Shown here piece after piece: positions 1 through 14,114 of a stretch of 64,000 nucleotides of DNA. A program made the translations under genes and the position numbers. The stretch is taken from the NCBI GenBank assembly GCA_002104945.1, contig MCFH01000049.1, positions 124,001 through 188,000 on the forward strand, in the 5' to 3' direction. This DNA comes from Piromyces finnis finn (Eukaryota > Fungi > Neocallimastigomycota). The notes under the pieces were generated by a model. The model searched no databases. It was not told the origin of the DNA and was given only the letters and a program-made list of their open reading frames with translations. Position 1 is the stretch's first letter. Every line of letters starts with the position of its first letter.

Positions 1-321
1 TATTGTGATTTTAAAGAAAAGGCTTATCAAAAATATTATTTAAAGGTTTTTGTTGAATCAAAATCTGACCCACAAAATGTTTATCATAGAGGTTCTCATT
101 GTGTACCTTATCAATTTCAACACTATTTCAGAAGTTGGCAACAAGGAAAGGAATATGATGCTATTGTCAGAACTAATAGTATAATGACTATTAAATCTGA
201 TTTAACATTATATTATGTTAATTCTGACAATTACAACTATTTTGTTTTCAATTGTAATTATGAAAATACTCAAGGTGATGTTAAATTGAAATATACAAAG
301 GCTCACATTAAAAAATATTAA
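1..321 (+). CDS. 3' end of a gene of unknown function, truncated by the window edge
   Basis: Frame 1 is open from base 1 (YCDFKEKAYQKYYLKVFVES...KYTKAHIKKY) to TAA at 319-321, with coding-like composition followed by AT-rich DNA. Confidence 0.65.
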   Translation, partial: YCDFKEKAYQKYYLKVFVESKSDPQNVYHRGSHCVPYQFQHYFRSWQQGKEYDAIVRTNSIMTIKSDLTLYYVNSDNYNYFVFNCNYENTQGDVKLKYTKAHIKKY

Positions 322-382
322 AGTAAATTCTATTTTTTTTATATAAATAATTATAATAATAATAAAAAAGAAATAAAAAAAA

Positions 383-665
383 ATAAATAAATAAATAAAT
401 AAGTAAATAAATAAATAAGTAAATAAATAAGTAAATAAATAAATAAGTAAATAAATAAGTAAATAAATAAATAAGTAAATAAATAAGTAAATAAATAAAT
501 AAGTAAATAAATAAGTAAATAAATAAATAAGTAAATAAATAAATAAGTAAATAAATAAATAAGTAAATAAATAAATAAGTAAATAAATAAATAAGTAAAT
601 AAATAAGTAAATAAATAAATAAGTAAATAAATAAATAAGTAAATAAATAAGTAAATAAATAAATA
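383..665. repeat. (TAAA)n/(TAAG) compound microsatellite
   Basis: About 280 bp of TAAA units with an interspersed TAAG. Confidence 0.95.
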
Positions 666-1392
666 AAAAGAAAATCTAAAATATCATTTCATAAATGAAT
701 AATAAATAAATGTTCATTTTAATAGATTAATAGAAATGTTTTTTTTATTTAAAATATTTTAAATTTATATAAATTATTTTACAATTCAAAACTCAAAAAT
801 GAAAATTCATAATGTCAACTATGCCAATAGTTATATTTTTGATGTTTAAAATATATAAAATGTATTGTAAATTCATTTTTATTCATTATTATTTTAAGAC
901 ATACTATCTTTATGCATAAATATGATAAAAACACTCCTTTTCTTCCTATTAAATAAAGTAGTAAAATTCTTAAAAAAAAAAAAGATTATTGTATTAAAGA
1001 TATATATAATATAGAAACTAATAAAATAAATAAATGTTTAAATACTCTATTTACAGCATTTAAAAAGGGAAATTAAATATTATATACATTCTATGCGTAT
1101 TCTAAATATTTTAATATTAAATAATTGTATAACAAAAGATAAAATAGTAGGTTCAAGGTATTTAAACAATAATTATACTCTTTTTTTTTATTTTATTATT
1201 ATTTTTTTTTTTAAATATATTTTGTGATATAGTATGGGTTTTATGAATAATTATATTAATTTCATAAAATAGGCACACATACATATATACATACATCTAT
1301 ACATATATGCATACATATATCTTTGGGTGGTTTTTAAGTTAAAAAAAAATTTGTATTGTTGCCTTTGAATTCATCTATTCTATTCTATAATT

Positions 1393-2819
1393 TTAATTTT
1401 GTATTCCATATAGTTTTTTTTGAAGTCTAAATAAATTTCTATTACATGTATCTCTTGCTTCATCAATGATTTCTGGACACTGACAATGTGGTGTAATTAA
1501 TGGATCATCGGGACAATAAGTCACCGGCCAATGGGTATATCCTATATTTTTAAAGAAATGTATTTTATCAGGTTCTAGAAATAAAGATGCCTTGAATAGT
1601 ATAAAAATAAGTAATAAAGGTCAATTGTGCGTAATAATACTAATATTGATAAAATTGTAATTTGATGAATAGGTTTATATATATATATATACAGTATTAT
1701 AATAATAAAATAAATAGTTACAGCTATTGAATGTATAGGGGCATCACCCCATCTTTCATAATAAATGCCACCTTTTTCATCTAAAAATTTGAAAAAAGTT
1801 TCATATTTTTCACTTCTAAAGAAACGCATATCGGCTATTTCAAAATTACTCCAAAAATGACATAAATTCCATGTTTTACCATTATCATGACTTAGGAAAT
1901 CAAGAGAATTTGGATTAGCAATGTATTGTGGATATTTTCTCATAAATTCTTTGACTGTTTCCCATAGATGAGGAACAGTAGATTTTAATTCTATTAATGA
2001 AATGACATATCCATATATTTTATTATTATCTCTCATAAACTTGAATGGATCTTCTTGTAATTTACAATGAAAGCCAACGCCTGGTTCTACTCTCCAATAA
2101 TAATCAAATGGTTTCAACATTGGATGATTATAGAAAAATCCTGATTCAAATCTTTTTTTTTTTTTTAAACATTAATAGCAATTAAGCAATTTATTATTTT
2201 TGAATTTATTGTTTTAAAAATATGGAATGAATTAGAAATTGGGTCATGTTATATAAATGAGGTATTGATTCAAAATGATAATTTAATTTATAATTGTTTT
2301 AATGTTTTAATAATAATAGTGATAATAAAAATCGTAATGAATATTTTTTTTTTTTTTACCAAAGTATAATTACCTGCACATATGACGATAACTAATACGA
2401 TCGTTAAATAAAACAAACTGTCCAGGAATTAAATTTTTTCCTACATCTTTTTTGGTAATGCCTTTTGGGAATGACCAATATTTTTTATCAATTAAACCAA
2501 AATGTGCTCTTGTTCTTACCGCTGAACTAATAGCTGTTTTAAAAGTTTCAGTAAATGGTACATCATTTAATAAAATATAGGGGTAATTATGAGGAAATGT
2601 ATCTTCTAATTCATGAATAGTTTTAATTAATTTTTCTTGATCTTTATTTTGACATAGAATAAAGATGCATGCTTTAATATCTGTTTCATTTTTATTATAA
2701 AGATAGCTGTAGTCTGCTTCCTTTGAGTTTTTATAAAACTTTTTAAATAAAAAACGACATAATATAAATATTGATATGAAATTAATAACTTTTAACAATA
2801 CTCTTTTATATTTTCTCAT
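1393..2819 (-). CDS. KRE2: Alpha-1,2-mannosyltransferase, GT15 (KRE2/MNT1/KTR family), 3 exons
   Basis: Exons 2819-2374, 2151-1722 and 1590-1393, joined by GT-AG introns. Spliced protein has an N-terminal TM anchor, YPYILLND, SYRHMCR|FESGFFY, YYWRVEP, CHFWSNFEIAD, RWGDAPIHSIA|ASLFL and IGYTH..CP. Confidence 0.93.
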
Positions 2820-3648
2820 CTTGGTAAAATTGACTTAATATAGAATATTTGGTAGGATAAACAATCAAATATAATTTGCCTTTTTTTTTTTATATTTAAT
2901 GTTATAATAATCAAGTTTGTAATAATTACTATAAATAGAGATAATAAGTAAATTTAATAATTGATTAATTTATGGTAATTATAAAATGTGATTTATATAT
3001 ATAAAATGCATTTCAATTGTTTTTATTATTATTATTATTTAAGAAATTAATGATATATATATATTAATAAATACATATATTGATATTATTATTTAAAAAG
3101 TTATTAATTAATACTATTTGAGTGTATTATAATTACGTCATTCTATTTGAAATTTAAATAAAATGTAAATTGGTTTAAAGGTTTAAATCTAGTCAATTGT
3201 CACAGGATTAAATTAATTTTTCTTTTTTATTTAAATTAAAATTTAATTTATTATTAAAAAATAAATAATAAAAAATCTTCCCTTATTTTTTTTAACTTTT
3301 TAAAAAATGGATTCTCCATATAAAGTTTTATTCTTTATATATTTTTATGGTTAATGAATTATATAAATTAGAAATTATACCATTTTTTATATATCCATTT
3401 TTTGTTTATTTTATAAAATAAGTTTAATAAATATTATATATATACTCATAACAGTTCATAATTTTTTTTTTTTATTTATTTTTAACTTTTATTTAAATGT
3501 GTAAATGATATTTTATATATAAAATTTATAAAATGTAATAATAATAAAAAAAAAACTAATGCTTAATTCTTAATAGGAATAGATATGAAATATAAAGAAT
3601 TAAAAATAAATGCATGAAAAAAAATATATAGAACTAATTTAAAAATTT

Positions 3649-6600
3649 TCAACTTTTTGGTCTAATAAACTTATTTTTGAACCAACATTAACAAAAATTA
3701 ATTTCCTATCGATGATTTCAAAGAAAGAAGAATAAATTCTATAAAAATCAATAGATTTACGTATTAATTGAAGAAATTCTTGACGTTGAATACTCAATCC
3801 ACATCCACAACATGTTGAATTATGTTTTCGACAAGGTATGTGGACTTTTAATATGAAATACTTTGAAGGATCATTTGCTTCTTTTTTGAAAACATAGTAA
3901 ATTTTATCCCATGAAAATATTATAAAAACTAAAAAATAACATATAATATTTGTTAGAGTATCAAAGAAAACTCTTAGGTATCTTTGGTTTTGTAATAGAG
4001 AATAACTTATAACCTAAATTGTATAAAATGTATATATATATATATATATATATAAATTAATATTTGAAAATTTTATTTTATATGTTTATATATTTTTATA
4101 TAAAATAATAGAAAATGCAAACTAGAATAAAATTATACGGAAATAATAGTTACATTAATTAAAGGTCCAAGTAAAATGCAAATAATTATTGAAGCTGTTA
4201 CGTATCTCGTACATTTAAATATATTTTCATAGTAATTCAATTTACTTCCTTCAATAAGGATGACGCCCATGATAATAATTTCGGCCAAATTAATGAATAA
4301 ATCGTAATTTTCTAATTCACATTTATAGAACCAGTGACCATTGGAACCTTGTACTATATTTAAATTATCTTTCATATTCACATTATAGGTAGTTTTGTAA
4401 ATCAAAGTTGTAATAATACAAATGAATACAATTAAACTAGTATATACAAAAATCATCTCAAAAAAAAGAGAATTAATTCTTTTTATTTTCTTTATTTCTT
4501 TTTCATTTTTGATGGAAATTGCTTCATTACTTCCTTTTCCTTTCACTTTTTTTAAATATCCTTTAATATTCATAGGAAGATAATATTCTGAATCTTTATC
4601 AATATTTTTATGTTTTTTATTTTCTCTATTTTTAGATTTGGTTGCTTCTTCTGTATTAAATATTGATATATCGTCCAGTGAAGAAGAAGTATATAGATAT
4701 CCTTTGTTATTTTCAATGATGTATGGATTACCCAATTCATAATTTATAGTATTGATGATATAAAATATCAATAAAAATAGCACAATCCCAGTATGTCTTA
4801 AAATAAAATTTAATGAACATCCTAAATAATCAGAATAAGTTGAAAATAAATTGCTGATAAAATATATAATTAATCCAAATGAAATGATGAGTGTTTTCAA
4901 ATAATCGGTATCTAATATGATACTTTGGTTTCTATTAATAATAATAAAAATGTCGTATATTATAATAATGGATATAATCGGGAATATTGTTATTTTACAA
5001 AAATTTTTAATGAAACTTTTATTATAAAAAAAAGAAAAGATTATAAAATAATTTTAGTATATTAATTATTTATTGATAATGTATTTTTTTTAAAACAAAA
5101 TGAATAAAAAAAATGAATATATAAAAAGAAATATTTAAAAGGATATACGTATATACGCATATTAATAATAAAGTTTTTTTTTTACCTATAATCAACAAAT
5201 ATTTTTATATTGCAATGGTCTCCTTTTAAACCTGGTAAACATTGACAGATATTACTTTCAATATTATTTATTTTTTCATTATATCCTGCAATACATACAG
5301 CTGCATTTGGTACTGGACAATCATCTCGGCATATTGGATCGACACAATATAAAATATCTTTACTATCATACATTTTTATTTGATTATCCCAACAATCATT
5401 AACTACAATTTCAATATCATCAAATTTAAGTTGAATATCCTCATTATAATTATCAATGATGACTTTTAATTTATAATTATTTGGTGTGGCATATATTACA
5501 AATTTATTTAGTTCACATATACCTATTTATTAAAAAACATTCATTTATATCAAAATAGCCGCCGTAATAATAACAACAACATTAATAATAAGTATATAAT
5601 ATAGAAATAGAGAAAAAAAATTAATATATTTATATAGTTTTTTTTCAAATGCATAGAGAGTAGCAACAACAATAACAATAATAACAACAACAATAATAAT
5701 AATAATATATATATATATTATTATGAATCAAATTTATTACTAACCTTTACTAAAGGAACCTATATTTCCTATTAAATTATAATCCAACTTTATATTTCTA
5801 GCATAATCATCCATGGTTGAGTTCTCTTCTTCAAGAACAACTCTTAGCGTTATGGAAGAATAATATTTTGTGATATCTTCTATAATATTATCAAATTCAT
5901 CATAAAGTACAAATGTCAATGGTAAATGTTTGCCAGATGTGATATTTTTATTCGTAATTGTTGAATTCAATTTTATGTATGATGGTTTGGACGAATAATC
6001 ATTTATATAGGAATTTACAGTATTATTTGTAAAAGCCATATTCTTGATACTATTTGTCTCATTTTGAGATATATTGGAAATAAACATTCCACCTCCCATA
6101 ATTCCTGCTTTATTTAATGTGACTTCACTTTCTGATATATCTAAAAAATGTAATAAATCATAATCTGAATAGATGGCACCTCCAAAATTTTCTGCAGAAT
6201 TTTTTAAAAATTGATTTCCTTTGATGGTAACGGAATTCATAGCATCTTTATTATTTAAATATCTTTCACCTATATAAATGGCACCTCCATTAATTGCTGA
6301 ATTTTTTATAAAAGTATTAGAGGTTAAATCGAGCTCTATATTTGTTATATTACTGATACATCTGATTGATCGTATTAGAAAAAATAAAAAATAAAAATTA
6401 AAATATTAAATAATAATAATAGATTTTATATTACTTTTTTTGTTAAAGAAAAAAAATACATACAATACTCCACCATCACTTTTACTATAATTATCATTAA
6501 ATATTGAATCCGATATTTTTAAATTGATATCATGACTCAATTTTATACCTCCACAATCCAGTTTATTATTATTTATGTTGTTGGTAAATTCTAAATTTGA

Positions 6601-9016
6601 TAGTATTACTTTGTTCTTATATGTTTAATAAATAAAAAAAGGATTTAATAAAATCTTGGTATTTTTTTTTTTTTAAAATAAAGTTTAAATTTTTATAATA
6701 TTTTATTTAATATATTACTTTTATAGAAGAATAATTTATTAAAGAGCCATATGATGTTATATTAGTGATAACTGAATTTTCTATTATCACCTCACTAGAT
6801 TGACCTTTAATTTTAATTAACGAACCATTTAATTTCATATTTTTAGCATTCAAATTATTTATCGTTAATTTTCTTTTTTCTTCTCCAGAATCAAATGACA
6901 AAAAAGAGGAATCACCATCATCTCCATAACACGATATATTTTCACTTTCTAAATTATTTATAAACACATCCTTGTATATAAAATTTAAAAGTGCATTGGA
7001 ATTGGTATTGATATTGGATAGTTTAATATTGGTTAATTTATATGAAGAGTCTTCATAAAAGAGACTTCCTAATAAACTTTTTTTTTTCATTTTTCAATTA
7101 CGTATATATATATTTTTAAAATATATTTATTTATAGAAATAAATATTATAGTTATATTTTAATTATATACAATATATATAATATACAAAATATATTATAA
7201 AGTAAATAAGTTATTGGGATAGTTTAAATTATATACTATTTTTCTCTCTTTTTACCTTAAATCCCTAAATTCAGTATTTGTAATAATAAAATAGGAAAAT
7301 GCTGAATCTGAAATCGCAGGTATTGAATTTTTTAATGTAATATTTTTAAATGTTGTATTTGAAATGGTATATCCACAATAGTTTCCATGAAAAATATTAC
7401 TAGTTTCTTTTTGTAATATGGGATATAACAATGATAATAAAGTTTGAAACCAATATTTAAAATAATATTTATTTTATATTTTAATTAAACCAAAAAAAAT
7501 AAAATAGAAAAAAAAATATTATTATGATTAATAATTTAGAAATGATATATTCACCTGAAAAAACTGAATTATTAACATTAATTGCCATTAGATTATTACA
7601 TGTTTTAATATATATTAAATATCCAAAATTTGAATGGCAATTAGAAAAAGTGGTATTTTCAATGCTACAAATAAAAATAATTTTAATATTAAATTTAGTA
7701 TATATATATAATTTTTTTACTTTTCTAAAAAAAGTATTATAGTTTATTATTAAAGAACACTATATTTTATATATAATATAATGTTTTAAAAAAAAACAAA
7801 TTACTATTTAATATGTACTCTAATTTTAAATTGATTCCTTCTATTAATGGAAAAGTACTTTTAATATTAATATCTTCAAAAACTGTATTTTTAATATTAA
7901 CATAATCATATCCACTTTGAGCATAGAATGTACTATCAATAGTACTATTATTCATTGTATTTTCAGTATATTTTTCAATTTTAGTAAAATAACCTTTAAT
8001 ATTAAATAAATAAATATATATATGTGTTTGTATATATGTTATTTTGCTTGTTAGTTATTGATAAGTAACTGTATATTGATAAATTATATCAATAGAAATA
8101 GCAGTTTAATAATAAACTAAAATATTTTACATTTATTGTAAAAAAGCCGTGAATTGTAAGAAAAAAATAATCCTTTATTATTATAAAAAAAACATTCGTT
8201 GAAGGCAGCAGATGAACACTCATAATTTACTCCTGAAGATTCATTTTTATGATATGTATGAACCAATTTTACTGTATTATCACTTTTTTTTTTTAATATG
8301 ATTTGAGTTTAATTTAATAATAGGTAAAAAGTATTATTTTTTAAAATAATAAAAAATTATTAATAATGTTATATGAATAAACATATATATTTTTTAAAAA
8401 ATTTTTCTTTTAATAATAATAACAATAAAAAAAAATATTTTTTTTTTAATTACTAGAAATATGTATTATTAAATACTATAGAGGTAGAGTTATCCGAACG
8501 AGATGATTTATTGCATTTTAATTCAGTTCTAAAAATAGTACCATGATTATGATGAAAAGTACAATTATTAACGACAAAATTAAAATTATCAAAATCTGCT
8601 GAAACTAAAAATAAATTAGTTCCGTATCTTGGTTCATTTTCTTTTAATAAATTAATAAAGGTAATGTTTTCAATGGTTACTGTTTCTCCCTTATTTTGAG
8701 TGAATTTAACATTAAAAATTCCTTTAAAATTATTTTTGTAATCAAATACTGTTTCATTACCAGTACCAATTAATTTAACATTAGTTAATGCTGGAAATTC
8801 GATAGTAAAAGGTAATTCTGTCATATCATAATAATCTTCAACAAAATTTAGGATTAACTCTTTGTCATTTTGATGATTAGTGATTATTTCGTTAAGACTT
8901 GTAAAGGTATTATCATTATTTCGTATTAGTATTTCTTTTCCTTTAACGTTTAACGTATTAATGATTATAACAAAATAGATATTAATTATAAAAAATAATA
9001 GCTTTGTTTGATTCAT
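3649..9016 (-). CDS. Class-C-like GPCR/7TM receptor with a large beta-helix (GGAIY, pectin-lyase-like) ectodomain and an EGF-like module, multi-exon
   Basis: Signal peptide in exon 9016-8454. GGAIY repeats (LNGGAIY, NFGGAIYS, MGGGMF) at ~6300-5740. EGF-like CQCLPGLKGDHC in 5373-5182. Hydrophobic helices in 4900-4133 and in last exon 4013-3649 (VISYSLL...WDKIYYV...KS*). ORF-track pieces 8453, 7767, 6707, 5740, 5182 and 4133 are exons of this single gene. Some internal exon boundaries were not resolved. Confidence 0.8.
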
Positions 9017-9794
9017 TTTATTTTAATACATTTTGCATTTTATTAATATAATTCCATTCATTTTAAAAAAAGTATAATTAATTCTGTATGAACTATTCAA
9101 ATTCTTATAATAATAATAAAAAAAAAAGATATATATATATATATTTTCTAAAATTACTATAATAATTATAAATTCAATATATTAAATAAAATGACTATTA
9201 AAAAAAGTATTTATAAACTATATATATATTTTCTATTCTTCTATTTATTTTTATTTCTACCTTTATTACTACTTCTACTTACTATTATTATAATTATAAT
9301 TATTTAATTTTGTTTGTTTTTTACTTTAATTTTATTTGGGTCTAAATTTTAATTATTATTTTTTATAAATCAAATATGATTATTAAAAATTAATAAGTTA
9401 AATTTTTTTTGAACCTTAACTTTTCTTTCATAATTAATTATTAAACCTTTAATTAAAAAGAATTATAAAGTATCAATAGCATAAAAGGTTATTGTAATCT
9501 TATATTAATATTTTGAAATAGAAGCATGAAAATTCATGACAACCTTTCATTTAAATTGTAAATATTCGAGGTATTAAATATTTTATTTTATTATAAAATA
9601 AATGCAATGATTTTTTTTTGTTTTACTGACCTTCTTTTTATTTTTGTTTCTGAAATAATAAAAATAAGTATTTATTCTTTTCTTTTTTTTTTTATTTTTA
9701 TTTTTTATTTTTTAAATAATATTCCACAGGAAGTTTAAATTGGAATGTCAAAAAAGGTTAAACTTCACAAATTTTTTTTTGGTACCTTTGAAAA

Positions 9795-9810
9795 CCAATA
9801 CTAATACTAA

Positions 9811-9854
<44 letters not shown>

Positions 9855-9976
9855 ATACAAATACTAATACTAATACTAATACTAATACTAATACTAATAC
9901 TAATACTAATACTAATACTAATACTAATACTAATACTAATACTAATACTAATACTAATACTAATACTAATACTAAT
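9795..9976. repeat. (ACTAAT)n/(ACT)n microsatellite
   Basis: Direct tandem hexamer and trimer units. This repeat produces the spurious ORFs 9740+ and 9758-. Confidence 0.95.
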
Positions 9977-10679
9977 AAGACACAATAAAAATATCAGAAA
10001 TAACAATTTATACAAGTTTGAATATATATATAATTAATGATAAAGTATTGTTTTCATATCACTCTATATTTTCTTGATTAATAACAATATTCATAGTTTA
10101 ATCATCATTTTTATTAAAAATAAATGAAAATCATTTTCTACACAAGTATAGAATACTTTATATAATTTTTCTTTTCAAAGTTTATTCGTTTTTTATTATT
10201 TTATTTTTTATCATATTTGTGTGGATTTTATATTAAAATAAAATCTATTTTAATATGTTATTTAGGATTGATAGATAGATACATATATTATTATTATTGT
10301 TATTACATATATATATATTTAATTTTTTCTTTTTTCTTTTTTTTTTGATTTTGTTTAAAGTAATTGTTATTGAAAATATTTAATAAATAATATAAAATTA
10401 TATACTTTTATATATAATGCATTGACCTTACACATATATATAATATATATTTTATAATAAATATTAATAGTATTAATAATAAAAAATAAAAAAAGTATAT
10501 CCTATTTTTTTTTTTTTCATACAAAAGCGATTTAATTTTGAATTGTTATGAATTGAAAATAAATAATATAGGAATGTCAGTTAAGAAAAATGGATAAATA
10601 TATACATGGAAATATACGTACATATTTATTTGATAGATTATAATAATGATTCCATTCAATATATGAATTGAGAAAATAT

Positions 10680-11303
10680 TTAATTTAAAAAGAAACTACA
10701 CTTTCCATTTGACTTTTCCTTGGCCATAACCTTCTTATTAATAAGATTTATGATAATAAGAGTTAAAAACGTTTTATCGATTTTTGGGGCAATTTTAATT
10801 AAATAATCAAATTTAGTATAGTCACATTTTTCTGCTTTACATATTAATATATCATCTCCATTTTTTTTATTTCCATAGTAAATTTCAACTTTATTATCAT
10901 TTTCATATATATTAAAGTTTTCTGTACGTTTCTTCATTTTATTGTAATAGGCAATGGTATAGTTATTATCGGTTGCTAAAAATCCTTTTTTAAGGCTAAC
11001 AATAAATTTATCAATTTTTTTACTATGAATTACCAATTTCTTACGGTCATTACCTTGTGAATTCATTGTCATCTTAAATAATGAATGATGTTTAATATCT
11101 GAAAGACAAGTAATATCTTTCAAAATATTCATTTTAAATTTGTACAATTTTCTATCACTCATATCTTTTAAAGAATATTTCATATTTGCTAAATGATAAC
11201 CTTCATATTTAAAAAGGAATCTTTCTGGTAATGAAATACTTTTATTCATAACTGAAATGTCATGTCCTGGATTTTCCAAAACTGAATTTGAATAAGATAT
11301 CAT
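10680..11303 (-). CDS. Hypothetical protein, probably LURP-one/Tubby C-terminal-like
   Basis: Intronless 207-aa ORF with a beta-rich pattern ending in YLIKIAPKIDKTFLTLIII, which resembles the (I/V)APGVD-helix end of the LOR/Tub_2 family. Confidence 0.5.
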   Translation of the reverse strand: MISYSNSVLENPGHDISVMNKSISLPERFLFKYEGYHLANMKYSLKDMSDRKLYKFKMNILKDITCLSDIKHHSLFKMTMNSQGNDRKKLVIHSKKIDKFIVSLKKGFLATDNNYTIAYYNKMKKRTENFNIYENDNKVEIYYGNKKNGDDILICKAEKCDYTKFDYLIKIAPKIDKTFLTLIIINLINKKVMAKEKSNGKCSFFLN

Positions 11304-11873
11304 TTTTGTAATGAAAAAAAAGTGTTTTTTTTTTATTTATTAAGATTTATTATAACAATTAGATAAATACTGAATTATAAAAAAAAAAGAGTGTGTGATG
11401 TATTTTAAATTTCTTTTTTTTTTTTAACTTTTATTGTTTTTTTAAAGGTTCGTTTTTTTTTTTATTATTTTTTAAAGAAATCAATTTTTGGTAAAAAATT
11501 TATCATTTTATACTTTCAAAATTTAATGTATTAAATGATGTAATGTAATGTATTAATACTGTATTTAATCAAAAAGTTTTTTTCTTTTTAAATAACATTG
11601 GGAAAAGAAAATTTTGTTTTAATACTATAAAGTTTTATTTATTTTCATCTTTGAATGGATACATTATTCTCCATAATCGATAGATCAATAATTAATGGAT
11701 GAATAATTATAATAATAATCTTTTCAAATCAATTATTATTCAATATTTATATATACAAAATAACGTTTTTTATTTTATTATATTTTTTTATTTAATAATT
11801 ATATATATACAATTTTAACAATGATTAATTTCTATAACTTTTGTATTTCAATAAATATTTCTAATAACTATAA

Positions 11874-13694
11874 TTATATTCTAATAAATAGTATTGTCAT
11901 CATTAATAATAAAATAGTGGATAATTCAAAGTTTATATTATTATATTGAGAATAGGTACTACTAGTATTTTCTATATCGTAGTCCTCTATCGCTTCACTA
12001 TAATAAAGAACGTTCATTCCTTCATAATCCATAATAACATTCATATATTCTTTTGAATGCTGATATTCTTTTGTATTTTCTTTACTTTTTCCAAAAGTTA
12101 ATCTTCCTTGTGCATATCTGTACTTTTCAGGAATACGATCAAACTTTTTTAAATAGTCAATTAACATATCATTTGATAATGCAATATTTGAAGAAATGGT
12201 CTTGGAATCAGAAAATACATAGCCATCCCCATGTTCAAGTAAGATATATGTATTTGCAGCTACATTATAACGACGTTTTGGATCGATGGGTTCACCATTC
12301 ACTAAAACATTATGAACTCTACGTTTGCCTGAAACTTTAACAAAGGCACTTCTCTCATCTAATTGAACCGTAGAATTAATCGTTGGATCAATACTATAGG
12401 TTAATCCAGATGTATGAAGAAATCCACTAATACCACCAGGATATTCTCTTGCACTCATTTCAAGGGCATCTAAAATAGTTTGACCTGGCATTTCAGAAAT
12501 ACCAACAAATGTCGTAAATGGAATAATAGTAAGGATATCATTGATAGTAATATTTCCTTTTTTTAGTGGTCCCCTTATACCTCCTGCATTACACAAAGAA
12601 ATATCTACTGGACCGTATTTTTCGGATTCTGAGAAAATAGCATCCGTTATTAAATTTGTTAAATTGGTTTCATTTTTTCCTAGAGCCCATGCTCCTTTAT
12701 CATCAACTATTCTTAAGTCAAAATCAGTTTTTGTTAAATATACATTTACTAATGCTTCATATTTACTCTTTATTTCTTCTAGGATTTTTGTTACTTTTTT
12801 ATCTTTTCCTTTTATATCCTCAGGGTCAATTAATTCTGTTTTTATATGACCATCTGTAGTTATAGTAACTTGCCCTATATGGGCAAATCTGGAACCTGAT
12901 CGAGTAAGTGGAACGTCTATACCTTCTATATTTTTTACCATTAATAAAGGTGTTGCTTGATGATTGTGCCCATCAATGAAAGCATCAATACCTTTGGTAT
13001 TTTGTATTACTACATTTGCTGTCCAAGGATCAGTGGTATTTACAACACCTCCTAAATGTCCAAGAGCAATAACATAATCTGCTCCGTTTTTTCTAGAATC
13101 ATCAACTGCTTTTTGTACAGACTCGTATAATTTTTTACCAGAAGGGTCTAAATCAAAATCATAAATATAATTACCATCACTATCCATAAATGATGATGGT
13201 TTAGATCTTACTAATGTATCAGGTGTACTAATTCCAACAAAAGCAACTTTAACATCTCCATAGGATATTATTTCATATGGTTCAAATACTAGTTTTCCAG
13301 TAATTAAATTTCGAAAATTACACGATACATAATTGCATGTAAGATTTTTAGATAATTGATTAAATTGATTCATTCCATAATCAAATTCATGATTTCCTAA
13401 AGTTACCAAATCATATGGTAAACTATTCATAATATCAATAATATAACTACCACGAGATATTACACCAATAGGTGCTCCTTGTATTGCATCACCAGCATCC
13501 ACTAATGATACATATGGTGTTTTTTTTTCAACTTCTTTTTTATAGTAACTTAATCCTGCATATCCCATATTATTGTCGAATGAACAATGTATATCATTGG
13601 TATATATAATTACAATATCATGATCTGGATTTTTTCCAAAACAAATATTAAATAAGAGTTGTATTATTAATAAAGTAAACAATATGACCTTCAT
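11874..13694 (-). CDS. Secreted or membrane-anchored 5'-nucleotidase (calcineurin-like metallophosphoesterase plus 5'-NT C domain), copy 1
   Basis: Intronless 606-aa ORF with signal peptide, TNDIH, DAGDAIQG, TLGNHEFDYG, GHLG, DGHNH, NAGGIR and a hydrophobic C-terminal tail. Confidence 0.93.
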   Translation of the reverse strand: MKVILFTLLIIQLLFNICFGKNPDHDIVIIYTNDIHCSFDNNMGYAGLSYYKKEVEKKTPYVSLVDAGDAIQGAPIGVISRGSYIIDIMNSLPYDLVTLGNHEFDYGMNQFNQLSKNLTCNYVSCNFRNLITGKLVFEPYEIISYGDVKVAFVGISTPDTLVRSKPSSFMDSDGNYIYDFDLDPSGKKLYESVQKAVDDSRKNGADYVIALGHLGGVVNTTDPWTANVVIQNTKGIDAFIDGHNHQATPLLMVKNIEGIDVPLTRSGSRFAHIGQVTITTDGHIKTELIDPEDIKGKDKKVTKILEEIKSKYEALVNVYLTKTDFDLRIVDDKGAWALGKNETNLTNLITDAIFSESEKYGPVDISLCNAGGIRGPLKKGNITINDILTIIPFTTFVGISEMPGQTILDALEMSAREYPGGISGFLHTSGLTYSIDPTINSTVQLDERSAFVKVSGKRRVHNVLVNGEPIDPKRRYNVAANTYILLEHGDGYVFSDSKTISSNIALSNDMLIDYLKKFDRIPEKYRYAQGRLTFGKSKENTKEYQHSKEYMNVIMDYEGMNVLYYSEAIEDYDIENTSSTYSQYNNINFELSTILLLMMTILFIRI

Positions 13695-14114
13695 TTTTAT
13701 TTAGAAATCTTTTTATTTTTAAAAATTCGAATGAAATCTAATTTAAAAATGATTATCAATTACATTTTATAACTTTTTATAATTATTATTATTATTTTTT
13801 TTTAAGAAATTCTATTTTAATTAAAATTTTTTGCTTTTTTATTTCCTACAATATAATACATTCTGTTACATTAATGTATTATAATTTTATAAAAAAAAAA
13901 AATTAAAATTAAAATTTAAACTTTGTCTCCTCCAATGAATTTAAATTAATTTACCTATTAAATATTAAAAAAAAAAAAAAAAATAAAATAAAAATTTAGA
14001 AATGTAATTCTTAATTATAGTTAAAACAAAGTTACTATTTTATTTAAGAAAAAGTTAAAATAAATAATAGTTGATGTGTTTTTTAAATATATTTCTTTTG
14101 TAAATAAAAAAAAA

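Noticed and set aside
383-665. Regularly spaced repeat that might suggest a CRISPR-like array
   Set aside because: It is a simple tetranucleotide satellite with no unique spacers and no cas genes, in a eukaryotic context.
7524-7742. 72-aa plus-strand ORF
   Set aside because: It is antisense to exons and introns of the 7TM receptor gene.
9740-10015. ORFs with poly-TN and poly-IS tracts
   Set aside because: They are translations of the ACTAAT microsatellite. The repeat is not a TTAGGG-type telomeric array.
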